Assembly: GCF_001017655.1 (NCBI RefSeq)
Contig: NZ_CP010904.1
Span: 1,470,001 to 1,502,000 of the forward strand
Source: Kiritimatiella glycovorans
GTDB taxonomy: Bacteria; Verrucomicrobiota; Kiritimatiellia; Kiritimatiellales; Kiritimatiellaceae
Direction: 5' to 3'
Length of the DNA stretch: 32,000 nucleotides
The notes beneath the pieces were generated by a model that did not search any database, was not told where the DNA came from, and worked only from the letters and a program-made list of their open reading frames with translations. A program made the translations under genes and the position numbers. The stretch's first letter is position 1, and each line of letters begins with the position of its first letter. Shown here piece by piece: positions 16,473 to 25,317 of the stretch.

Positions 16473-16943
16473 TCATCCAATCGCGCCCTGCACGAACACC
16501 ATGACGAACAGCGCGACCGTTTCGACGACGCCGAGCGTCATGAGGATGTTCCCGAAGCCCTGGCCGGTCTCGCCGAGTGCGTCGGAACCCGCGGCGCCCG
16601 CCTTGCCCTGGAACCAGGCGGACATCGCCATGGCGAAGCCGCCGACGAATCCCGCGGCGAGCATAGCCGGCCAGTTCATCATCTCGCCGGCCTCGAGCGC
16701 GGTCTCGCACATACCGCTGATCCCGTTCATCAGGATCAGCCCGTAGATCGTCTGCGAGAGCGGTGCGCCGATAAAGACCAGCAGGATAAACGGCGCCGCC
16801 CGGTTCTGCAGGTAACATTTCTTCCACGCGCCGATCGCCGCCATGCCCGCCGTTCCCGTTCCGAGCGCCGAACCGATCGCCGCCATACTCAAGGCCGCCG
16901 CTGCGCCGGCCTTGCCCAGTGCCGCTGCCATTTCCAGATCCAT
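16473..16943 (-). CDS. atpK: V-type ATPase proteolipid subunit K (c, duplicated 4-TM form)
   Basis: 156 aa, very hydrophobic and Gly/Ala-rich. It contains ...GAPLSQTIYGLIL..., ...AWFQGKAGAAG... and ...LGVVETVALF... with the conserved carboxylate Glu in the last helix. Confidence 0.9.
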   Translation of the reverse strand: MDLEMAAALGKAGAAAALSMAAIGSALGTGTAGMAAIGAWKKCYLQNRAAPFILLVFIGAPLSQTIYGLILMNGISGMCETALEAGEMMNWPAMLAAGFVGGFAMAMSAWFQGKAGAAGSDALGETGQGFGNILMTLGVVETVALFVMVFVQGAIG

Positions 16944-16989
16944 CTTCGTCCTCCCGTGTTCGCTGCTGCCTTACTCTCTGCGTTTACTC

Positions 16990-18762
16990 TCACGTGTTCC
17001 CGGCCGAATCAGCCTCGTACCGGAACGGTCGATACTCCGTGCCGGACCACTCCATGCCCACGTGACTTGAAAATTCCAGCGCATTCAGCCGGACGCCGTG
17101 CACCATGACCGCCATCGCCGCGAGCAGTATATTCATCGTATGCCCGAGAAAGATAATCAGGGTCGCCACGATCCCCGATACGACGCCGTCGTAGCCCGTC
17201 TCGAGGGCCATCTGGTTGAAGGAGTGTGCCACGGCAAACGTGGCCGCCCCCACGGCGAAGAGACGCACGTAGGAGACGAGGTCCACGAAGTTGTTGATCA
17301 GGTCGAGCGGAAACGTGACGTACCCGAATCCGTTCTTTTTGATCTCCCGCGGCGGATTCATGAAGAGCAGCACCAGCACCGCCGAGCCCAGCAGCGTCCA
17401 GCCCGCCGCCGGCGGAAACGGTTCGTTGAGCACCATGTAGCGCACGGCGAAAAACATCGACCAGGTGACCCCGATCCATCCGATCTGAGACAGGGCACGC
17501 ACGGAATTCATCAGGCGGATCGCGTTCCAGCCGTGCGCCAGCGAGAGGTGCACGGCCCCTATAACAAAGCAGAGAAGCATAAGATGAGCATCCGCACCCT
17601 CACCGGTCAGCCAGCCGATCTGCAGCCTCTCCAGCGGACCGGGTACAAGTCCCGTGCCGAAATACGTACCGGTCAGCACCCCCCAGACGATCGTGCACGA
17701 ACTCATCAGGATCAGCAGATGAAAGAGATGCCCCGGCGCGTGCGGCCACTTCGCGCGCACGGCGAGCGTCATTCCGAGGAACAGAGCGCCGTAGCCGGCG
17801 TCCCCGACGAGGATCGCAAAGAAGATGCTCAGAAAAATGAGGAAGAACATGCTCACATCGACCTCGCGATAGCCCGGCGTGATCCCGATCATGTCGAAGA
17901 TCGCCTTGATCGGCCGCACCCAGCGCGGATTGCGGATCAGCGTCGGCACCCGGTCTTCGGGCTCCGGGTCCGTCAAGATCACGCCCCACCCCCGCCGGGC
18001 GGCGAGGCCGCGGAGTTCCTCTTCTCTCTCGGCGGGACAGAACCCCTTGAGCACGGCCACCGGTTCGGCCTGCTCCATGCCGCGCTCCACCTCGTGAAAG
18101 TGAACCCGGGTTTCCAGAAGATGAAGCCGGTCTTCGAGGACGTGCCGATAGCAGGCGCAGCGTTTGAGCGACTGCGCGATCTCCTGCAGCTCGCGCTCCG
18201 CGCGCCGGATCCATTCGTCCATCTCCGAAAGGCTCATATCGGGCAGATCGATCGGTTCCGCCTCGATCTTCGGCAGGCTACGGGAGATGACCGCAAAGAA
18301 GGCCTCTCCCTTCGCGCGACGGAACACCCTGACCACGGCATCGTCCGGCTCCGGAACCGGCTGCTTGGGCGCCGTCTTGTAGAGCCTTATATGGATGTCG
18401 CGGTTGGCCAGCTCCCGGACCTGCAGGGGATCGAATTCGCCGAAGGGGGCGATGCGTTTCCGCTCTCCGCGCAACTTCTCGAGCATCTCACGCGTGCGGT
18501 GGCGCCGCCCGTCGAGGTCTTCGAGCGATGCGATGATCTCTTCCCCGGAGCACTCCGGGTCGGCCTGCTCCTCCGGCTCCGGCAGCAGGGCCAGCGCCCT
18601 TTTCGTCCGTTCGAGCCGGGCGCGTTCACCCTCCAGGTCCTCGCCTTCGGGCCGGCGCAGGTGTTCGACGTGCACCTGCCCGAAGCGCCCGACCTCTTCG
18701 AGCGTCGGCTGCACCTCCCGCTCGAGGCAGAGGAGTATGAGTTTTTTCATCGGTACGATCAT
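16990..18762 (-). CDS. atpI: V-type ATPase subunit I (a)
   Basis: 590 aa. It has an N-terminal soluble coiled-coil half and a C-terminal polytopic half with ...VSYVRLFAVG...HTMNILLAAMAVMVHGVRLNALEF. The conserved stator Arg in YxRL is present. The start may be the second ATG at 18750 (see findings). Confidence 0.9.
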   Translation of the reverse strand: MIVPMKKLILLCLEREVQPTLEEVGRFGQVHVEHLRRPEGEDLEGERARLERTKRALALLPEPEEQADPECSGEEIIASLEDLDGRRHRTREMLEKLRGERKRIAPFGEFDPLQVRELANRDIHIRLYKTAPKQPVPEPDDAVVRVFRRAKGEAFFAVISRSLPKIEAEPIDLPDMSLSEMDEWIRRAERELQEIAQSLKRCACYRHVLEDRLHLLETRVHFHEVERGMEQAEPVAVLKGFCPAEREEELRGLAARRGWGVILTDPEPEDRVPTLIRNPRWVRPIKAIFDMIGITPGYREVDVSMFFLIFLSIFFAILVGDAGYGALFLGMTLAVRAKWPHAPGHLFHLLILMSSCTIVWGVLTGTYFGTGLVPGPLERLQIGWLTGEGADAHLMLLCFVIGAVHLSLAHGWNAIRLMNSVRALSQIGWIGVTWSMFFAVRYMVLNEPFPPAAGWTLLGSAVLVLLFMNPPREIKKNGFGYVTFPLDLINNFVDLVSYVRLFAVGAATFAVAHSFNQMALETGYDGVVSGIVATLIIFLGHTMNILLAAMAVMVHGVRLNALEFSSHVGMEWSGTEYRPFRYEADSAGNT

Positions 18763-18776
18763 CGTACGCTACGCCC

Positions 18777-19367
18777 CTATCCCGCCGATTTCGCCTTCGC
18801 GATCTTCGACCGCGCCACGGCCGCGGTCTGCTGGTCCCCGAGAAAAATGCGGATCGTGCGGATGTTCTCCCGGCACTCCGGGATCTTTACTTTCTCAAAC
18901 AGGTTGACGCGCTGATTGGTCACCCGCAGTTCGTCGCGGATGCGCTGCTGCTGTTCTTCCAGCACGTTGCGTTCGACACGGAGACGGATGAGTTTCCGCA
19001 GCATGGCGATCCCCTCGTCCACCCAGGCCGGCGTGCGCTCGAAATCCGGCCGCCGTTCCACGAAGCCGATCTCGCCTAACACCGGAATGTTCACCCCCGC
19101 GATATTGCCCGCCTCGATACGGAGTTCGTGCATCTCCAGGTACGGGGAAAAATCGAACGGCTCCCCGAACAGCTGAATCCAGTGGGAGAGGTTCGAGCGC
19201 ACTTTCTCCTCCTCGCGGCCCTTGGCCTCGATTTCCGCATCCAGACGCTGAATCTCGTTCTGGAGCTGCTGCTTCTTGAGCTGCAGGGTCGGCAGGTATC
19301 GCTCGAACCGGGCCAGCGCGTCGCGCTGTTCCTTCAGCTCATTCTTGGTGTACTTGATCTTGGCCAT
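18777..19367 (-). CDS. atpD: V-type ATPase subunit D
   Basis: 196 aa. MAKIKYTKNELKEQRDALARFERYLPTLQLKKQQL is the typical N-terminal coiled coil of V/A-type D subunits. The operon position between B and I supports the call. Confidence 0.9.
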   Translation of the reverse strand: MAKIKYTKNELKEQRDALARFERYLPTLQLKKQQLQNEIQRLDAEIEAKGREEEKVRSNLSHWIQLFGEPFDFSPYLEMHELRIEAGNIAGVNIPVLGEIGFVERRPDFERTPAWVDEGIAMLRKLIRLRVERNVLEEQQQRIRDELRVTNQRVNLFEKVKIPECRENIRTIRIFLGDQQTAAVARSKIAKAKSAG

Positions 19368-19405
19368 GGTCCGCGCACCGGGAACCCGGTTGTTGAGTTG
19401 TTGAG

Positions 19406-20749
19406 TTACGGGGTTGTTGAGTCGCCGAATTTCCGTTCGGACGATTCGACGGCGGCATCCTGCGGCCAGAACTGTTCGACCAGTTCCGAGTGAATGCCCG
19501 TCTCTTCAGGCGCAAAGCAATCGGCCAGAATCCTCCAGCCGCGATCCAGCGCCTGTTCGAGGGGGATGTTGACGCTCAGGTCCATCATTTCGCGCTCGAA
19601 GCGGTCGCCGTATTTCAGCAGTTTGGAATCCCAGTTGCTCATCCGGAATCCCATCGACTGCTTTTCCAGCGTCTCGCGGTAATCCGCAAACAGCTGAATC
19701 ATCGTGTTCATGATCGTGCGGTGGTCATCGCGCGTATCGCCGTTCACCTGCTGTTTAAGGCGGCTCAGCGAACCGAACGGTTCGATGCGGCCGTTGCGCA
19801 GGTAGAACTGCCCCTCGGTGATGTACCCGGTATTGTCGGGGATCGGATGGGTGACGTCATCGCCGGGCATGGTGGTGGCCGCGAGCACCGTGATCGACCC
19901 GGCGGTCTCGAAGTCGACCGCCTTCTCGTATCTCCGCGCGAGCTGGGTGTAGAGGTCGCCCGGATATCCGCGGTTCGACGGAATCTGCTCCATCGTAATC
20001 GCCACTTCCTTTAATGCATCGCAGTAGTTCGTCATATCGGTCAGCAGCACCAGCACCCGCTGATCCTGCAGGGCGAACTTTTCGGCGACGGCGAGACACA
20101 GGTCGGGCACCATCAGGCACTCGACCGTGGGGTCGGCCGCCGTGTGAATGAACATCACGGAGCGCGCGAGGGCGCCCTCATCATCCAGCCGGTCGCGGAA
20201 ATAGAGGTAGTCGTCGTGCTTCAGTCCCATGCCGCCGAGGATGATCGCGTCCACTTCCGCCTGCAGCGCGATACGTCCGAGCAGCGGGTTGTAGGGTTCG
20301 CCCGCGATCGAGAAGATCGGCAGCTTCTGCGATTCGACCAGCGTGTTGAAGACATCGATCATTGGAATCCCCGTGCGCACCATGTTGCGGGGGATGATGC
20401 GCTGCGCGGGGTTGACGGATGGCCCGGCGATCTCGATCACGTTTTCGGTGAGCGTCGGCCCGCGATCCCGCGGCTCGCCGCTGCCGGTGAAAACCCGTCC
20501 GAGCAGATTATCCGAAAAGGAGACCTGCATCTCGTGGCCGAGAAAGCGGACGCTGGCGTCGGTGGCGATCCCCCGGCTGCCGGCGAAGACCTGCAGGTAC
20601 ACCATGTCCCGGTCCAGGCGGATCACCTGGGCGAGCGACTCTCCCCGGGCCGAGGTGACCATGGCCAGTTCGCTGTACTTCACTTCGGGGGCCTTGACCG
20701 AAATGACGTTCCCGGCCACCGATTCGATGCGGTGATAGACCTTGCGCAT
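19406..20749 (-). CDS. atpB: V-type ATPase subunit B
   Basis: 447 aa. GQKLPIFS-like [31 protein letters not shown] and [37 protein letters not shown]. The ATG lies 2 nt after the atpA stop. Confidence 0.95.
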   Translation of the reverse strand: MRKVYHRIESVAGNVISVKAPEVKYSELAMVTSARGESLAQVIRLDRDMVYLQVFAGSRGIATDASVRFLGHEMQVSFSDNLLGRVFTGSGEPRDRGPTLTENVIEIAGPSVNPAQRIIPRNMVRTGIPMIDVFNTLVESQKLPIFSIAGEPYNPLLGRIALQAEVDAIILGGMGLKHDDYLYFRDRLDDEGALARSVMFIHTAADPTVECLMVPDLCLAVAEKFALQDQRVLVLLTDMTNYCDALKEVAITMEQIPSNRGYPGDLYTQLARRYEKAVDFETAGSITVLAATTMPGDDVTHPIPDNTGYITEGQFYLRNGRIEPFGSLSRLKQQVNGDTRDDHRTIMNTMIQLFADYRETLEKQSMGFRMSNWDSKLLKYGDRFEREMMDLSVNIPLEQALDRGWRILADCFAPEETGIHSELVEQFWPQDAAVESSERKFGDSTTP

Positions 20750-20750
20750 G

Positions 20751-22475
20751 TTACGTTACCTCCGAGACCATATCGTCCATCTTCTGTTCCGCCTGCTTGA
20801 ACCCGTCGCCGTCCATCTCCTCGCGGTTCCAGTCGCGCACCTCCCGCGTCAGTTTCTGGAAGAACGCGCGCGCCGATTCCTTTTCGCTGAACGTGAATTC
20901 CGCGCGGAGCACCTGGTCCAGTTTGCCGAAGACGTAGCGCTGACGTTCCGCCGAGGTGGCGCTGTCGACTTCGTGAAAAGCGTTCTGCTGGAGATAGACC
21001 GCATCGAGAAATTCCGCTTTCTGGTGGACGAGGAACTCTTCGATCGAGACCCCCTCTTCGCCCACGACCTTCATCATCTGCCCGACTTCGTTCCCCTCGC
21101 GCAGAATCCGCCGGGCACGCTCCAGCGGTTCGGCCTCGACCACGCTCGTGTAGTTACTCCACGAGTCCAGCGGATCGATGGCCGGATAGCGGCGCGCGTC
21201 GGAGCGGGCCCGGGAGAGGCCGTGAAAGGCGCCGACCACCTTCAGCGTCGACTGCGTCACCGGTTCCTCGAAGTTCCCGCCCGCCGGACTCACGGTTCCG
21301 CCGATCGTGACCGAGCCGGTGCCTTCGTCGTCGAACTTCACCCGTCCGGCGCGCTCGTAAAAGGCGGCGATGACCGATTCGAGATAGGCGGGATAGGCCT
21401 CTTCTCCGGGGATTTCCTCCAGCCGCCCGGACATCTCCCGCAGCGCCTGCGCCCAGCGCGAGGTCGAGTCGGCCAGCAGAAGCACGTTGAGCCTCATCTG
21501 CCGGTAGTACTCCGCGAGCGTCACCGCCGTGTAGACCGAGGATTCACGCGCCGACACGGGCATCGAACTCGTGTTGCATATGATGATCGTACGCTCCATC
21601 AGGCTCTTCCCGGTGCGCGGATCGATCAGTTCCGGAAACTCGCGCAAGGTCTCCACCACCTCGCCCGCGCGTTCCCCGCACGCCGCGACGATCACGACAT
21701 CGACCTCGGCGGTACGGCTGGTGCACTGCTGCAGCACCGTTTTGCCCGCGCCGAACGGGCCGGGGATGCAGTACGTCCCGCCGAGTGCGACGGGAAAAAA
21801 GGTGTCGACGAGCCGGATCTGGGTCACCATCGGGGCCCCGGGACGCATGCGCTCGCGATACAGGTTGATCGGGATCTTGACCGGCCACGTCTGGACCATC
21901 GTCATCTCGCGCTCGCGCCCCTGCTCGTCCTTCAGACGGGCCACGGTTCTGTCGACCGTGTAGTCCCCCTCCCCGACGACCTCCTCGACCGTGTACCGGC
22001 CCTTCCAGGCAAACGGGACCATGATGCTGTGATCGAAGATGCCCTCCGGCACCGTGCCTACCGCGTCGCCGGCCGAGACCGTATCGCCCGCGGACACGGC
22101 CGGGGTGAAGGGCCATGTCTTTTCGCGATCGAGCGGTTTAAGATACACCCCGCGCTGCAGGAAATAACCGCACTGCTCCGCAAGCTCCGGAAGCGGGTTC
22201 TGAAGACCGTCGTACACCTGGGTCAGAAGTCCGGGACCGAGTTCCACCGAGAGCATCTCGCCGCTGAAGTCGACCGGGTCGCCGACCTTCAACCCGTTGG
22301 TGTCTTCAAAGACCTGCAGGTCGGCGTGATTCCCGCGGATGCGGATTACTTCCGATTTGAGCTGCGCCTCGCCGATCCGCGCATAGGCCACTTCGTTCTG
22401 GGTCACCGGGTTGTCGAATTCCACCCGGATCAGGTTCCCGTTGATCCCCGCGATCCTGCCCGTATTCTCACTCAT
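20751..22475 (-). CDS. atpA: V-type ATPase catalytic subunit A
   Basis: Walker [64 protein letters not shown]. The start is [20 protein letters not shown] at ATG 22475. The track extension to 22718 overlaps the upstream gene and is non-homologous. Confidence 0.95.
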   Translation of the reverse strand: MSENTGRIAGINGNLIRVEFDNPVTQNEVAYARIGEAQLKSEVIRIRGNHADLQVFEDTNGLKVGDPVDFSGEMLSVELGPGLLTQVYDGLQNPLPELAEQCGYFLQRGVYLKPLDREKTWPFTPAVSAGDTVSAGDAVGTVPEGIFDHSIMVPFAWKGRYTVEEVVGEGDYTVDRTVARLKDEQGREREMTMVQTWPVKIPINLYRERMRPGAPMVTQIRLVDTFFPVALGGTYCIPGPFGAGKTVLQQCTSRTAEVDVVIVAACGERAGEVVETLREFPELIDPRTGKSLMERTIIICNTSSMPVSARESSVYTAVTLAEYYRQMRLNVLLLADSTSRWAQALREMSGRLEEIPGEEAYPAYLESVIAAFYERAGRVKFDDEGTGSVTIGGTVSPAGGNFEEPVTQSTLKVVGAFHGLSRARSDARRYPAIDPLDSWSNYTSVVEAEPLERARRILREGNEVGQMMKVVGEEGVSIEEFLVHQKAEFLDAVYLQQNAFHEVDSATSAERQRYVFGKLDQVLRAEFTFSEKESARAFFQKLTREVRDWNREEMDGDGFKQAEQKMDDMVSEVT

Positions 22476-22500
22476 CTTCGACCTCGTTGAGATTGATTCC

Positions 22501-23022
22501 TCACCACTGCACCTGTGCCTTCTCCGCCACCAGCCGTTCGACGGTCTCCCGCCCCTGATCGCGGTCGAACGCCGCCCGCCGCTCGAGAATCCCAAGCTGT
22601 ACGGCAAACGCCAGGACGGCGGGAAACCCGAAGGGAGCCTCCCGGGCCAGATCCTCCGCGCAATTCCACCTGAACAGATCCAGGGCGTCTTCCCTTCCGG
22701 CCGGGTTCTCCACCGCAAACGCCCGCTCCACCGGGTCCTCGACGATCCCCGTGTATCCCTCCGTACGGGGCCTCTCCATACCCGCCCGCGCCGCGCGGAC
22801 CCGGGCGATCTCCGCCGAGAAACTCAGTTCGAGTTCAACCCACCGGCGCGCGACGTCCGTGCGCGGAGCCTTGTCATGCCGCCGCAGCACACGCTCGACA
22901 TCATGCTGCTCATCGCCGTCAAGTACCCCCGCACACCGGAACAGAAGCGTGTCCCCGCTGAACGGCGGTTCGCCCGTAAAGCGCAGCGCAGGAAGTGTGG
23001 ATGCCAGGTAAACGTGAGCCAT
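22501..23022 (-). CDS. DUF2764-like hypothetical protein embedded in the V-ATPase operon
   Basis: 173 aa. The N-terminal YLASTLPAL.F motif and the position between subunits E and A match what I recall for DUF2764 proteins in Bacteroidota-type 7-gene V-ATPase operons. ATG 23022 lies 2 nt after the atpE stop. Confidence 0.6.
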   Translation of the reverse strand: MAHVYLASTLPALRFTGEPPFSGDTLLFRCAGVLDGDEQHDVERVLRRHDKAPRTDVARRWVELELSFSAEIARVRAARAGMERPRTEGYTGIVEDPVERAFAVENPAGREDALDLFRWNCAEDLAREAPFGFPAVLAFAVQLGILERRAAFDRDQGRETVERLVAEKAQVQW

Positions 23023-23024
23023 CG

Positions 23025-23681
23025 TCAGCCGTCGTCCCCCGCAGGCCCCTGCGCCCCGGAAGCGCCGTCGCCGCCGGACAGGCTCTCTTTCACCGCTTCA
23101 TTAACCAGTTCCTGCAGGTGCGGACGCAGGAAAGCGGAGAGCGATTCGACGATCTCCGTTTCCGTGAAGTCGCGCCGCACGTCGCCGTCCCGGGCCGAAA
23201 CGCGGAACCCCTTGAGCAGTTCGTGGTCGGTCCGCAGTTCCACTCCCTCGCGCACCTTCGCCCACGCGTCCGCGGCCAGGTGGCGGCTGAGGCGCTCGCG
23301 GTCGTCCTCGTTGAGATATACCTCCAGCGGCTGATCGCCGCTCTCCGCGATCCGGCGGAGCATGTCGGCCATCACTTCCTCGTCGAATCCCGCGCCGACG
23401 CGCTCGCGCAGAACTGTCCGTACGACATGCTCCACGCCCCCGCCTACCGTGAGCAAAAGATCCCGCGCCGCCTGCCGCAGAGACTGCCGGCTTCGCTGTT
23501 CATACTGCGCCGCCTCGCGGCGCGCGTCGCTGATGATCTGCTCGGCCTTCGAGCGGGCCTCGCCGACCGTTTCCTCCGCCTCCCTGCGCGCACGCTCCAG
23601 CCGCTCCTCCGCCTCGCGGTCCGCCTTCTCCACACCCTCGCTGCGGATTCGATCAATCAACTGCTGCAGTTCTTCCGCCAT
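23025..23681 (-). CDS. atpE: V-type ATPase subunit E
   Basis: 218 aa. It has a long charged N-terminal helix (AEELQQLIDRIRSEGVEKADREAEERLERARREAEE...) followed by a globular C-terminal domain. It is first in the operon. GGGGAGA RBS. Confidence 0.85.
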   Translation of the reverse strand: MAEELQQLIDRIRSEGVEKADREAEERLERARREAEETVGEARSKAEQIISDARREAAQYEQRSRQSLRQAARDLLLTVGGGVEHVVRTVLRERVGAGFDEEVMADMLRRIAESGDQPLEVYLNEDDRERLSRHLAADAWAKVREGVELRTDHELLKGFRVSARDGDVRRDFTETEIVESLSAFLRPHLQELVNEAVKESLSGGDGASGAQGPAGDDG

Positions 23682-23759
23682 CGTTCCGTCTCCCCGGTTT
23701 CGCGCCGAACTAGATTCAGGCTTTATCGCATGCCCCGCCGCTCAATTCAAGAACCGCCC

Positions 23760-23787
23760 ATTCTCGACTTCATCACGCCCCGGTCAA
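23760..23787 (-). promoter_or_regulatory. candidate promoter of the V-ATPase operon
   Basis: Minus-strand TTGACC (23787-23782), a 16-nt spacer, then GAGAAT (23765-23760). It lies about 80 nt upstream of the atpE ATG, next to the AT-rich patch at 23800-23830. Confidence 0.25.
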
Positions 23788-23960
23788 ACGAAAAGATTCA
23801 CTCACTTTCAATCATAAATGAGCATTTTGTTTCACCGCAGACTTGCGCCTGTCCGGAGGTCAGGTAAAGTCGCGATCTGGACTCGGGCGGCAACAGGGAC
23901 GGCGGCGTCCCGGAGACAGACCGCGGACGCAGACAGGTTCATTGAGCACGGGAAGGTGTC

Positions 23961-25295
23961 ATGACGGAAACGACGGTTGAAACCATGGAAGAGCGGCTGA
24001 ACGATTTCGATCCGCAGGTTCGTGAGCAGGCGCTGAAGGAACTTCGGGACAAGCTGGATCGCGGCGAGCTGAGTGCGGAACCGGACCGGGGCCGGGTCAA
24101 TCTTCACATGCACAGCTTTCATTCCTACAACGCGTGCGGGTGGTCGCCCTCCGCCCTCGCCTGGCAGGCGCGGAAGCGGGGACTGCACGAGATCGCGAAA
24201 ATCGAATTCGATGTGCTGGACGGCATGGAGGAGTTCGAGCGCGCCTGTGCGGCGATGAAGCTGAGGCGTTTCTCCGGGCTGGAGACCCGCGTGTACATGG
24301 AGCGTTACGACGGCACCGAGATCAATTCCCCGGGCGAACCCGGGATCGCCTATCATCTCGGTCTGGGATTCCCCTCCCCCGAACCTCCCGCCGCACAGGC
24401 GCCGTTTCTCCGCGATCTGCGGGCCAAAGCCGAACAGCGCACGCGCGGGATCATGGAACGGGTCAACCGCCACCTGCAGCGCGTCACGCTGGACTACGAA
24501 CGCGACGTCCGACCGCTCACGCCTTCGGGCAACGCCACCGAGCGCCACCTGTGCCTCGCCTACGCCCGCAAGGCGGCGGAGTGTTTTTCCGCGGAAGAAC
24601 TGGCCCGCTTCTGGAGCGGGGTGCTGGGCGTCGACGCGGAGGCGCTCGAACTCCCCGACGGGGTAACTCTGCAGAAGACGATCCGCTCGAAACTGATGAA
24701 GCGCGGCGGACCGGGCTATGTCGACCCCGACCCCGCGGCGTTCCCTGCGCTGCAGGAGTTCAACGCGTTCGTACGGGGATGCGGCGCGGTGCCGGCGGTC
24801 GCCTGGCTGAACGGCCGCAGCGGTGCCGAGGCGGATCCCGGGGCCCTCCTCGATGCCGCCGTCGAGGACGGCGCGGAGGCGGTCAATCTCGTGCCCGACC
24901 GCAACTTCACGCCCGGCGTGGACGACGATCTGGTGAAAAACCTGTACGCCTTTGTCGATGCGGCCCGCGCGCGCGACCTGCCCGTCGTGGCCGGAACGGA
25001 GATGAACAGCCCCGGCAACAAGGTGGTGGACGATTTCGACAGCGCGGAACTCGCACCGCTGCTGCCGCTGTTCCGTGAGGGCGGACACATTTTCTACGCG
25101 CACAGCGTGCTGGAGCGCGAGGCGGGGCTCGGGATGCTGAGCGACTGGGCGGTGCGCGCTTTCGGCGGAGACCGGGCCGCCCGCAACGCCTTCTATGCCG
25201 ACCTGGGCGAAAAACTTTCTCCGGACGCCTCCGGTCTTTTTTCCGATCTCGATGAGCGGGCCGAACCGGCCCGCCTACTTGAACGCGTTGTCTGA
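23961..25295 (+). CDS. divergent PHP-domain (TrpH/YciV-like fold) protein, function unknown
   Basis: 444 aa. The N-terminal HEAT-like DPQVREQALKEL is followed by VNLHMHSFHS (the PHP HxH motif). The downstream layout, GLETRV, AYHLGLG, ERHLCLAY, follows the TrpH-like order by eye. Coding-quality composition contrasts with the R/H/G-rich antisense ORFs. Confidence 0.55.
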   Translation: MTETTVETMEERLNDFDPQVREQALKELRDKLDRGELSAEPDRGRVNLHMHSFHSYNACGWSPSALAWQARKRGLHEIAKIEFDVLDGMEEFERACAAMKLRRFSGLETRVYMERYDGTEINSPGEPGIAYHLGLGFPSPEPPAAQAPFLRDLRAKAEQRTRGIMERVNRHLQRVTLDYERDVRPLTPSGNATERHLCLAYARKAAECFSAEELARFWSGVLGVDAEALELPDGVTLQKTIRSKLMKRGGPGYVDPDPAAFPALQEFNAFVRGCGAVPAVAWLNGRSGAEADPGALLDAAVEDGAEAVNLVPDRNFTPGVDDDLVKNLYAFVDAARARDLPVVAGTEMNSPGNKVVDDFDSAELAPLLPLFREGGHIFYAHSVLEREAGLGMLSDWAVRAFGGDRAARNAFYADLGEKLSPDASGLFSDLDERAEPARLLERVV

Positions 25296-25317
25296 CCCAC
25301 ACCCACAGGAGACTGCC

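Noticed and set aside
17098-22490. Long + strand ORFs (17098..18915, 20144..20800, 20742..22490) across the V-ATPase operon
   Set aside because: They lie antisense to subunits I, B and A, which have clear family motifs. They cross gene boundaries of the real operon and have His/Arg/Asp-rich shadow composition.
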